Below are positions 50,284 to 62,536 of a stretch of DNA of 64,000 bases, one piece after another. The first letter of the stretch is position 1. Every line of letters begins with the position of its first letter. The notes beneath the pieces were generated by a model. It ran no database searches and was not told the DNA's origin. It saw only the letters and a list, made by a program, of their open reading frames with translations. A program made the position numbers and the translations under genes. The stretch comes from Seison nebaliae (lineage: Eukaryota), in the NCBI GenBank assembly GCA_023231475.1, contig JALJEE010000137.1, positions 1 to 64,000 of the forward strand. Reading direction: 5' to 3'.

Positions 50284-53200
50284 ACAAAAAATCAATTGAA
50301 CAAAAATCTTTAATTTTCTTTAATTATTCTGCCAAATATATTTCCTTTTCTGCTTCTCTTAATTCTTTTCGATTTGGATTAATTAATTGAAAAGTTTCTT
50401 TTTTTTTTGAACAAATCAACTTCACTTTCCTCAAGAATGGGAGAATTGAAGTGTCAATTAAAATTTTAGTATAAACTATTCATCAGTCTGTTCAACAGGG
50501 AAATCGATTAGGCATTAAAAATAATTCTGCTTCATTAACTATCACTACATTCGATGAGATAATCCAAATTTTTCTGTTTATGATCATTAAACTGAATTAG
50601 CAGATCGATGCATAGATAATTGTGAGATAATCAACATGGAATTTAAGATTTGTGATAAACTCAGGAAAATTATCGATTATACAAAAAATCAATAACAATT
50701 CGAATAATCAGAAGAAAATATTGAGAAGTTTCTCATTTGTTCCCATTCGAAATTTCCACCAACACTCGACTAATCAGTTACACAATCGTTTAAGAAGAAA
50801 ATATGTAAATGATATTCTCGTCACATTGAAAAGGAGAATTTGCCTTATGCAATTCTATTGGGAGGCGGCACATTCATTTGCACGTGTCAATATCGGTTAT
50901 ATAATGCGAATAATGAGCTGGTATCAACTATCGACTAATTGACGAATTAACGTTAATCTTACCTTATGAGGTTGACGCGTTTTAGCATATATTCCGTCGA
51001 TGCTACCGAGAACATATAAATGGAAAAGAATTATCGTTATTTGAACAGTCATTTCTTTCACAATGACAATTAGTGTTAAGCAAAGGAGAAGTAATTTCTT
51101 ATTATGAGAACGCGTAGCAAATATGTGTGAATCGGTAGACAGGACATTTCTTATTGTTCGAATGTCATTGTTTCAGGTGAATTTCTTCATTCAATTTTAG
51201 CGAGCGAAATGAGCGTTTGATGAAGGGAATTGATAGAATAGATTAGAGTAAACTTGAATAGATTTTGTTACACCGACTGCTAACCGATGTTTTAACAGAT
51301 CACTTACAACCATCTACTGTGAGAGGCGATAATCATTTTAGTAGCAGAGTCTCTATAAAATATTGATCCGAACAATATTTTCAAGATCATAGTCAAAAGT
51401 TCAATTCTCTTTATTTACTGAATTCATTTCATTCTTACTAAATAAGATGGATAGCTAATGAATCTTCAAAGGATAATCCGTAAATGAATGTCTTCCTTAT
51501 TTATTCAATCATTCCTCAATTTTTCCTCGAAAATAATTTGTGTTCAAAAAAGAATTTTTTTTAAGATTAAAAAGTTTCATTTATCCCTTAGTAAATCGTT
51601 TCTAGTTGCTTATTATTTCTTCGAGTTCATAGGAACGAATGAATCGCGCATCGTAATTATAACATTTAAAGATTAACCGTGCACTCAAACGCTCATTGAA
51701 CTCCGAAGATTAGTTCAATAGAAATGCTCCTAATTCTCTCTACTTAATCATAATGAGAGAAAGATGATGACTATTCTCTAATTCCGGAAATTCAGTTCGA
51801 CTTAAGAGATGGAAGAGAACTCTTCCGATTTGTTCTACTTCCAATTTTACTTTCAGCGTATACATGACAAGTCCTGATGGGGTTTATGTGTGAAATTCCC
51901 TTTATCATTTGGAGTAGATAAATGCCGAAATTCGATCGGTCATCCAAAAGTTGTTTTGTTGATTTTTAGTCATGCTGAGCAATTTTCAATTATCCTTTCT
52001 CTTCTCTTCGATTGGGAGAGTAGTATTCTCTGATGATTTGAAAGTTGGAGGAAATTATAGAGTCACTTATTTAGAAATTTGATGCAGACGTCTTCCGATG
52101 CAATTACATATGTAAACACGAGTAGGTGAGTCATGCCGATAGCTAAATTGATATCTGTTAATGGTTTCAAATTTTATCGTATCAACTCTAATTTTGAGAT
52201 GGGACGAATTGGACGAATGAGATAAAAATGATTATATCGATTTCCTAAAGAATTTCCAATTTCACAATGCTCAAGTATCTTCCTCTCCTATTTACTTTTC
52301 GATTAGAATATTCATGATCATTTAGATATCATGAAATTCACTACCGGAAACCGTTTCTACTTTTGACGCGTCCACAAATTTGAGCACCATTTTTTTTTGC
52401 GGATTAATAATCCGGTGGGAGAGAATCAAATGGAATTATTATTTCCGTTCCAGTTCATTGAAATGAAAAAGTTCATCCGCCTCGATGTATTTTGGAAGTT
52501 AAGTCCTAATGAATTTCCTTTTTTATTTTAGCGCGACTTTTCTTTTCACAACGCAATGAGACTGCTCTTATTGAGAATGGAAGAATAAATTAACACTGAA
52601 TTTCTCTTCGCCGATGATTGCAATCAATGTGTTATTCCTACCTGACACCTAGCATAATCGACATGTTTCTCATTAACTGCTCATCATCGACGTATTTTCT
52701 TTAGTTGATTTAATCCAACTCTAGTCCCTTTATAAACAGATAGGCAATTGATCTATCGTTCGAACTTCCTGTAATATTCTCGCCTTTCCACTTTAGCGCT
52801 GCATGTCTCATCCAAACATTTCTCAACCCTTTTCTCAACTTGTTATTTTGAAATATTTTCTCAATCACCACAGGATTTCTCACAACTCTCTTATTAAACT
52901 CATTATAATGGAACAATTATTCGAAGCGCTTTATCAACTCTTTGACTATTTAGATTCGACGATGGCGACGATGATGATGATAATGATGACGATGTTCATC
53001 GATCTATTCTCGACTTGATCATTTCGAGTGGAGTGTCGTCAACGTTGGAGGTGTAAACATTCCCTTATTCCATTCAACGGTTTTCGATGATGTCGAAAAA
53101 AAATCGTCATGCACCAACGAAACATTCACGATAAATTTCTTAATTTAAAAGTCTTATCATTCAACTTTTATTAAAGTTGCCTATTTCACTGATGGATGAA

Positions 53201-53822
53201 ATGATGTTTGACCCGTTTTCTTCCAATTTCTCATTCCGCTATTATTAACAACAACGTTGCTAATAGTTACGTGCTACAACATCTATTATTTCTCATTCGA
53301 AAAAAAATGAGAAAATTTTCAGTTTCTTAGATGAAATTTCTTCGTCTCCTTTCTCATCATCAACTGAATCCATCATCTGATAATTTTTCTTCAATTAATC
53401 TTTCTTTCTTTCTTTTCTTCAACAGATTTTTAAATATAATTTGAAAATTTTTTAGTCAAATCTCTAACGATTTGAATTGAATTGAAAAAAACTTGAAATT
53501 AAATTTTGAAGAAAACATTTGATCAAACATCTCCTTTACTTTCGGTTAGTTATTGGATCATTTTATTTTTATTAATCAATCAGGTCCGCCCCGCCAATGG
53601 AATGCATGGGCGATATGCGATTAATCGATAATTTTGATTTTGATTATCAAAAGAATTTTCTTCGGAACTTTCTCTTTTGGGAAATATCAAAAGTAATGCA
53701 CGCTTATCGCATGCTTAATTGGTTGCATGGATCCATCAAAAATACTTAATCTAAATCTTCCTCCTCTCCGTCTTTGGTGTTGATTGTTTATCTTTCACAA
53801 ATGGCTGCATGGCTCATTCTGG

Positions 53823-53830
53823 TATAAATA
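53823..53830 (+). promoter_or_regulatory. Candidate TATA box of the bZIP gene
   Basis: TATAAATA about 130 nt upstream of the ATG. Weak evidence in such AT-rich DNA. Confidence 0.3.
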
Positions 53831-53951
53831 GACATATTTAAATTTATTGGTTTCATCCTGATCAATATCTTCTACAATCCTCCTACTTAGTAATTTCTTT
53901 TAAATTTAATATTGGAAAATATTCCAAAATTTCTCATCATTCATTTCTAAT

Positions 53952-55352
53952 ATGTCATTCCCCTATCACAGAATGCTACCAGCCAACTGGAACAATCACG
54001 AAAAAGTAGTTTGTGGAACGAACAACTCGATGAATTCGAACGACACCAACTCGTATTATAACAAAGAGAATATCAATATGCTTCTACCGACTTCACTTGG
54101 TGATAATTCGACTGATAACGCCAACGCGTTGGACAACAACAACAACAATAATAATACGACGAATCCGAATGTTATGGCGTTTATGGGTCTCATTAATCAA
54201 ATCGGAATGGAAACTGATAAAACGAAAGAGAAGTCGCTGATAAATAATAATCTTAATTCCAATCTATCAGAATCAGCCATGAATCCTGGCGGAATGATTC
54301 CATCGATGGCAGCGAATCAAAATGTCACAACGACTACAACGAATAATGGCGATGAAATGAGTAATGCGAATGACTTGAATAATTATGCATTGAACGTTTA
54401 TTTCAATTCTTATGCTAACTTTTTTGCAGCTAATCCGAATATGATTCCTGGAGGAATTGACATGATCAAAGACACTCTTCCACAACCAGCAAACACTGAT
54501 AATAACAACAATTTGAATAATACAGAAAATAATCAATCAGCAATGTATTTCCCTCAACAATCCGTCTCTCAACCAATACCAACTGAAGACTTTTATAATA
54601 ATAATAATAACAACAATAATAACATTTGTCCGTCGATGATAAATACGAATCAAGGCAAATCAATTCAAAATAATGAGAATGGAAATAATAAAGATAATAA
54701 GTTGGAACATTCAATGAATAGTTCATCGACATCATCAGGATTCGCTTCATCGTTCTCTTCCAATGATACGTCGACACCACATCGAAAAGAAGCGGATGAA
54801 ATTCAACCACAAAAACGACTGAAAGTCGAAGCGAACAATGCACAATCAATTACCAGTTCAGCATCTCCTGCTTCATCAGTTTCCTCTTTTGTCACAACTG
54901 CCGTCCCAGCAATTCCTCAATCGACTGATAAAAATGAAACGGCAGCAGAAATTCCGAATGACAACGAAACTATCAACGGAGTTGCTGCATTGGCAGCGGC
55001 AGCATTCTCATCAACATCGACAGCAGCTCTTTTGAGAGGAAAGAATTTTATCGCTCACAATTCAGCCCATCATCCTTCAGGTCAAAAGAAACGACCACGT
55101 CCAGTTCCAGAAGAGAATAAAGATATGACTTATTTCGAAAAACGGAAACGAAATAACGAATCAGCTAAACGATCTCGAGATCAACGACGTGTCAAAGAGG
55201 AACAAATCGCTTTACGTGCCGTTTATTTGGAACAAGAGAATTTCCAATTAAAAGCGGAACTCCATAAATTGAGGACATACATACTCCAACAACAACAACA
55301 ACAAGCACTCAACTCCTGTGAAACTGTTCAATTTACACCACTCCAATTTTGA
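53952..55352 (+). CDS. PAR-subfamily bZIP transcription factor (ces-2/TEF/HLF-like), intronless, Asn-rich low-complexity N-terminus
   Basis: [59 protein letters not shown] basic region plus zipper. Confidence 0.92.
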   Translation: MSFPYHRMLPANWNNHEKVVCGTNNSMNSNDTNSYYNKENINMLLPTSLGDNSTDNANALDNNNNNNNTTNPNVMAFMGLINQIGMETDKTKEKSLINNNLNSNLSESAMNPGGMIPSMAANQNVTTTTTNNGDEMSNANDLNNYALNVYFNSYANFFAANPNMIPGGIDMIKDTLPQPANTDNNNNLNNTENNQSAMYFPQQSVSQPIPTEDFYNNNNNNNNNICPSMINTNQGKSIQNNENGNNKDNKLEHSMNSSSTSSGFASSFSSNDTSTPHRKEADEIQPQKRLKVEANNAQSITSSASPASSVSSFVTTAVPAIPQSTDKNETAAEIPNDNETINGVAALAAAAFSSTSTAALLRGKNFIAHNSAHHPSGQKKRPRPVPEENKDMTYFEKRKRNNESAKRSRDQRRVKEEQIALRAVYLEQENFQLKAELHKLRTYILQQQQQQALNSCETVQFTPLQF

Positions 55353-55684
55353 GAGATCATTCCCATTTCAATTTCATCGATTTCAATTTATTTATTCATC
55401 TTTCCACTTACTCATTCCCATTCAATCTCATTCCATTACGAGTCAATCAAAATTGTCTTGAATCAAATCTGAGGGATTTAGTTTATAAAAGAACAATCAA
55501 ATTTTATTTGTATCTATTCACCATTATATGATTTATTAATAAATTTCCATTATATTCTTTCTTTCCTTCTTTCTTTGGCTTATAACGAAAAAAAAATTAA
55601 AGGATTTTCTAATAAAAGAAAGAAAATTTTTGTTTTGAAATTTTAGTTCTTTAAAAAAAAGAAGAAAAATAATATCAACACGAG

Positions 55685-56552
55685 ATGAAATTGAAGAAAG
55701 ATCGTAAACCGAAAACTGTTAAATATCTTTTGCCTTTCTAATTATCCTTTATAATCATCGAAAGGAAATTAAGAAGGGATTGGAGAACATTCCTGATAAC
55801 GAATTTTATGAAAAACGAGGTGTTCTCTACATAGGCCATTTACCGCCTACATTTACCGAAAAAGCGATTTATGAATACTTCTCTCAATTCGGTACGATCA
55901 CTCGATTGAGAGTATCTCGATCAAAAATATCAGGTAGAAGTAAAGGATATGCATTTCTCGAATATGAACATCGTGAAGTCGCTCAAGAAGTATCGAAAGC
56001 GATGAATGATTATCTGTTGAAAAATCGATTTTTAAAATGTTCCACTTCAACTCACATAATTTCTCTAATTCATCATTCGTTTTAGGTCATCTAATTTCTA
56101 TTGATAAATGTCATGTGAAAATGTTTAAGGGATGGAATCGGAAATTCCAGACATCCAAATCCAGTATCCGTCACAAATTGCAAGTAAATCAGAAATCTGA
56201 TGAAGATGAAGAAGTTTCATTTTTAATTAAATTTAATTTTTTTAAATTTTTTTTTAAATTTCATTAGAAGCTAAAAAAGAATTTTCAGAAAAAGTTAAAT
56301 ATTATAGTACGTAAATGGCCAGAAATTGACTTCGATAAAATTGTTCATTTCAACAAACCAATCATGGAGGAGGCACAAACAGAAGAAGTTACTGTAGAAC
56401 CTGAAACACCAAAAACATCAGAAAAAGAAAGTCCAAAAACGTCAGGAAGAACATCAAGAAAACGGCAAATAAGTCAAGTGACCAGACGATCAGAAAGATT
56501 AAAGAGGAAGAATTCGATTGACGAATATTCTCCGAAGAAAATAAAAAATTAA
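55685..56552 (+). CDS. NIFK: NIFK/Nop15-like nucleolar RRM protein, 4 exons
   Basis: GVLYIGHLP..YFSQFGTITRLRVSRSKISGRSKGYAFLEY..MNDYLLKNRFLKC. Three GTT..AG introns; basic C-terminus. Confidence 0.88.
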
Positions 56553-56815
56553 AATGTTCCAACGCTCAACTATCGAATTGTTTGTTTCCTGTATTTTTCC
56601 GTTTTTATGGTTTTTGAAAATATGTTGACTATTTTCATAATAAATTCTTTTTTTGAGCTTAATATTTGAATATAGTGGTGAGATGTTTAATGAATTTTTG
56701 TTGTTGCAATTTATGTTCTTGTTTTCGATATTAAATCAAATTATATAATGATAATCGAGTCGGAATTATTGATAAATAATCAGTGATAACGATAATCAAA
56801 TTACCATTTCTTCCA

Positions 56816-57979
56816 ATGGGACTCGTTGACAGTCGTTTGATGCATGAAGCGACGAAAGGTATAAAAGTGTATAATGTGGATGCTCGAGGTCACAAGGGAC
56901 GACAAGGTCTATTATCAATATCTGATGGTTTTGTGAATTTTCGAGCGGAACCGTTGACCTTTCGGAAACGTGAGAAGAAGATTGATGGTGAGAAATCGGT
57001 TGTGGTGTTGAAGAAGGATGGTTTCAAAATCAGTTGGAATCTGCACAACATCCGGAAATATGGATCGATGGAGAATTATTTCGCCATTTATACAGGACGG
57101 AAAAGTTGTACTGGAGTTGGAATATTTATTTTCCTTTGTTGTTCCCGAATTGATTTGATGAAAAAACAAAAATCGATGATGTTGGACAAAAGTTTTGTGC
57201 AGGAGATCGATCGCATTTCAACCATCGACCAACAACAACAGCTTGAAAAGTGCTCACTCAATTCACCGTTTTCTCATGACGATATTGTGGAGGACGAGGA
57301 GAATAAAGAGAAATATATTAACCAATTATTCAATATTTTGAATCCGTCACAATTCTCTAATATCTACAATTATTCACAACCGGATTATGGAATTATTTGT
57401 AGTAGTCAACATACTCGAACTACAACCATCGATACTGAAGGTGATGGTATTGATCTGGTGAATAATATTTATAATAGTAACACGGAAAACGATACAAGAT
57501 CATCATTTTCTTCATCATCATCTATGTCGTCATCCTCCACATTCTCCACTTCCACTTTCATTCCCATCGTCTTAAGTCAACGATATGAATCTTTTTCCTC
57601 TAACGCTTCTCCGATGAGATCGTCGTCAGTGGAACAAAACGATGATTATTTAAATAATGATGTTCATGTAAATAAGGAATTTATGAAATTCGTGAAACAA
57701 TGTAACGAACCGATAGATGATGTAATCGCTTATGCCAAACCGATGAAAGTAAAAGAGGCACCGATTATTCTATCGACATATGGTCGGTCGAAAAAGGATA
57801 TTATTTATACAAAAATCGATAAAGCTGATCTCATGTCACCAGAAGAGAATAATGAAAATTTAAATGTGAAAGAAAAAGAATCGGAAGAAGATGATATAGT
57901 GGAACGAAATAGAGAGATTTTTACGTCTATCGACACTTCTCGTACAGCAGTTATTGCTGACAAAAATCCTGATGATTAA
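56816..57979 (+). CDS. IRS-type PTB domain adaptor, FRS2/FRS3-like, intronless
   Basis: MGLVDS fits the MGxxxS myristoylation pattern. WNLHNIRKYGSMENYFAIYTGRKSCTGVGIFIF resembles the IRS/FRS2 PTB domain; the tail is Ser-rich with Tyr motifs (YIN, YLN, YAK, YTKI). Confidence 0.8.
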   Translation: MGLVDSRLMHEATKGIKVYNVDARGHKGRQGLLSISDGFVNFRAEPLTFRKREKKIDGEKSVVVLKKDGFKISWNLHNIRKYGSMENYFAIYTGRKSCTGVGIFIFLCCSRIDLMKKQKSMMLDKSFVQEIDRISTIDQQQQLEKCSLNSPFSHDDIVEDEENKEKYINQLFNILNPSQFSNIYNYSQPDYGIICSSQHTRTTTIDTEGDGIDLVNNIYNSNTENDTRSSFSSSSSMSSSSTFSTSTFIPIVLSQRYESFSSNASPMRSSSVEQNDDYLNNDVHVNKEFMKFVKQCNEPIDDVIAYAKPMKVKEAPIILSTYGRSKKDIIYTKIDKADLMSPEENNENLNVKEKESEEDDIVERNREIFTSIDTSRTAVIADKNPDD

Positions 57980-58908
57980 TCGTCACCTTAAAAAATTGTT
58001 AAATTATCTTTTTCCAATTCCCCGTCAATTCTTCGATTACATCCATTCTATTTATTTGTGTCCTATTTAACTGAAAGAAAATTTATCCATATTTTTCTTC
58101 CATCATCATTCTTTTTTATTGTAGGAAATAAAATTCATCCAAAATTTCCACTCTATAATTTTACTTCATTATCAATAACGATGGAATTGATGATGATTCT
58201 GGAAAATTGGTGTTTTATAAAAGAATCTTTAAAATAAAATAAATAAAAAATTTAAAAATAATTAAAAATTAATAAACTACATGAGAAAAAGATTATTTTA
58301 AAATAATAATGATAATCTATCATACTTGAAAGGAAAAGATAATTATTTGGAGGATAAATTCAATTTGACTTAATTTCGAGTTGAATCAATTAAATTATAT
58401 GTTACTCTTATCATCGATAAGTATAAGGAATTTGGATAGAATCTAAAGAATAATAAATAAGTTACAATATGCACTTCTGTTTAAGTATGGGGAGGGGGAG
58501 GATAGTGAACAAGTATACAAAATAAAGATGGACATGTTGATTAGAGGACATGTATAAAAATTAGAGAAACCTAATAATTATGTATAATTATGAGAGAAAA
58601 AATATTAAGATTGAGAAGTCTAAATATTTAGTCAAATTGACATATGGTAAGAAAAGATGAATACATTTTATACTTCCTCTCTTCCATCTGGTCAGAAAAG
58701 GATTTTTCTTGTGTAATGTGATTGGAAGATGATCGAATGGAAATGATGAATATCTCCATTAATATTTCCTCCTTCTCTTCCTCCTTCTCATTCTCACACA
58801 ATTCTCAAGAATTATATGTTGTATTTGTTAAATTTTAAGTTTAGAAAATAAATTTTTTCTTCCTCCCAAAAAAATATGAAATAGTCAATCCAAATTTATT
58901 GTTGAAAG

Positions 58909-61900
58909 ATGAATGAAAATCATCTGAAGAATATCTCGTTCATTTTGAATGAGTTGAATGTTCAGTTGGAATTCGATCACGACAAACGGTACGACATCAA
59001 CATTCTGTTATTAAATTATTTTTATCAAAAAGCGTTTATCGATTAAATTCAGTTTGAGTAATATCAATCCTTCTGATTTGGATGTTGACGATTGTTTGAA
59101 GAAGTTGCGCAAATTGTTCCATTATGTCGAACGGAATTTTATTCTTCAGTTTTCTTTTAAATTTCCATTGGAAAATTTCATTTTAAAAATTTTCAAAAAA
59201 ATTTCATTTTTTCAGACGTCATTCTGACGTGAATAACAAGAGAATAATCGATAATTTATGGATCGTATTTACTTTGTATTTGGATCATCAGAATTCGAAT
59301 ATTCGACTTTGCACCAACGAATTATTCGATCGATTCGTTACCATATTGGACGAATGTCAATCGATATCGATAGGGGAGAATGCTCTCTTGAAATTGCGAG
59401 AAAGAAGTAATGAATTTAATAAACGATATCGAACGATCGATGAAATGATCGAATCGACATTAGGAGCCATTCAAATTCGAATAACGAATTATATAATTCA
59501 AAAAAAGAAATTAAACGAAGTCGATTCGGAGACTTTAGTCTCGTTAATAACGTTCATTAATGAACGTGTTAAACGATCGATTGAATTAATAAATAATTTA
59601 TCATCTTCCAACAATTGGTATCATTCCATTCGATATTTGACGAGAATAATTTATTTCGAAATCAATAAAAATTATGATCAAAATTCAAATAAAACCGTCG
59701 TGAACGATTTACTCCAAATTATCATTTGTATATTGGGACGATGTCATTCGATCGAGAAGAATTATTATGATCGAGTATTGACATTGAATCGTTTAATTGA
59801 TGATATTAAGAACGATAAATTTCATGAATTATCTCAAATCGAATTGAAGGAATTCCTGTATCTGGAACCGTTATTTGAAAAGATACCCAAATATAGTACG
59901 TTCTATCCAATTCTCAATAATTATCTTGTCGAATCCATCATCATTCATTCCAAATCAATCTTCCAACAATTATTATGTTTCGCTCAAGAGGAACATATCA
60001 TCAATTTATGTCGATTACTTTTACATCATATTTTCGATGGGAGATATTTGAGTGGCAGTCGTCGACTCTTCCTCCAACTCTTCATTTTACTATTAACTAA
60101 TGGGAACGATACAATGAATCATCTCTCACAATTATATGAATGGCATTTAAGTACGAACATTGAATTTAAATTATTATTGAGATTTCTCGCTACCATCCGA
60201 ACGGTTTTCATCAAAATTAATGACGTTCTTCTTCACAGTGAGAAATTTAATGGAATTGAGAAATTGGATGATATTTCCGATCGACAAATCATCATATCAT
60301 CATATGATTTATTAACCATGTTAATTCCATTATTTATTCATTTTCATCTCATCGAAAAACGACATAAAATCAATTTACAATCACCTTTATCCACCACAGA
60401 TAAGTTTGATGATACTTCTAAAACTTCTTTTATTTATTTCATTCAATTGTCATACAAATTTCTCATCGAATCCAAACAAGAAATGATTCTTATAAAAATC
60501 GTCAATTTCTTCAAGAAACTTTTCCAGGAATTGACATCGTTGTCCAATAATCGATATCGATGGAAAAACGAGAATAATAAACAAAAATTTTCAAAAAAAA
60601 ATTTATTAAATTCTCTTAAAAGAGAAGAATTCAATGGTCATTCAATCATCAATCGTCTCCAACAATTATCATCATCTTATGAATTAGTAACGACCTCAAT
60701 ACAACTCCATCAATTATTGGAAGATGATGATATATTTTGGATGAAAGAACTTCTCTTCAATGAACAAATGGAAGAAGAAATTTTCGAATTGAATCTCTTC
60801 TCATTTGAACAACTCTTATCATTCACTCAAGAGACAACGATACAAATCGACAAATTATTTGAAAAAAGAATTTTCTCCATCGACGTTGACGAATTTGTGG
60901 AAATTGACAGTGTATCACCCACCAACAACTCGTCCGATGATTCGGATATTTTTGCGAAAGTCGATGACAATGAGAAAAATTTGAGAAATTTATCCGAAAG
61001 AAAATCGAATAATTTTCTCGAAAATTTTTCAGAAGACGACGACGACAACGACGACGGTGATGATGATGATGACGATGATGATGATAGTAAATGTGATATT
61101 TTTAATACAAATTCTGACAATTCGTATGAGGATGCAATTGAAGAGTTGAATTTGAAGGAAATGGATGAGATCAAATCGAAAAGTATTTCATCAATTGTCG
61201 ATTTGAATCATCTGGAATTGTCGATGGATGATGGTTTATATGAATATTATTCAAAAAAACATCTTCCTCAATCACTTCAATCCAGTTCAATAGAGAATAT
61301 TAAATTATCATTCATTCGACGATTATCTGCGACGATTTTAGTGAAATTATTCGGTTTCCAATTTCCATCAATGGACGGAAATGAAATTTTGGATCATCGA
61401 GAAATTCGAACGAAAAAATATTTGTTGAATGAATCACTTCATTTATTCTCTTCAATGATATCGTTGGATTTATCATTATTCATTTTACCGTTCAATAAAT
61501 GGTGGTTAATGAAATGGATTGTATCAAGAAAAGATGGAAATATTCCATCAACTATCGAAGAATATCTTCATAAGATTTATCCCAAAATAAACGATGGTTC
61601 TTTATTCAATAATTATTTGAGAATATCAATAAACATTTTAAATTCCATCAATTCCGTTGAAGATTTGAAAATTGATGAAATTAAAAGAAGAAATTCAAAT
61701 TTTATTTTATCTAATTTCTCGTCATATTTCCATCATTGCTCGTTATATTCGAATTCACAATTCGATTTCTCTTCGAACGTTTCAGTGAATATACTCAAAT
61801 CAATAATCGATATTGTTCCCAATTTGGACGGATGTTTCGTTTATCGATTACTTCATTCTTCTTTTATTCATTCGTTCGATGAAACGAGATCGACGTCGTC

Positions 61901-62498
61901 TATGAAATTTTTATTCTTTCGATATTATCATTCATGTATGAAACATCATTGGATGTCGTTGGAGAAATATTCAAATTCATTTCTGAGAAAATCAGAAAAT
62001 ATCATCGATTTCAATCATTGGATTATTCGTGAATTGATTTATGGAATGAACAACGATAATTTATTTGAAGAATTCTGCGAAGAATTTCCGTCGTTTGCGA
62101 TCGATTTTGAAAAAATACAGAAAATATTTAAAAAAGGAAAATTTTATTATTTGGAAATAATTCGAAATCTTTTCTTTAATATTATGAGTGTGGAAGAAGA
62201 TGAGAAAAATTTTCATCAATTATCATTCCGTTTATTGATATCGATGTTATCGAGAGATGATCATCAATTTCGGATGGAAATTTCGAAGGAAATCATCAAA
62301 TTCTTTCCCAATCTCGTTCAAATGAGAAACCGATCAATTTTCGATATCTCTACAGAAACTTCTTATCTTCATCTTATGACAATTTGTTTGACTTTTATTT
62401 TCGTTTATCGATCCTCACAATTTGCTACCATTCAACCATTCTTCTCTTATTCCATGGAGACATTCTTCACATTAACTAATCAATCCAACAACAACAAC

Positions 62499-62536
<38 letters not shown>

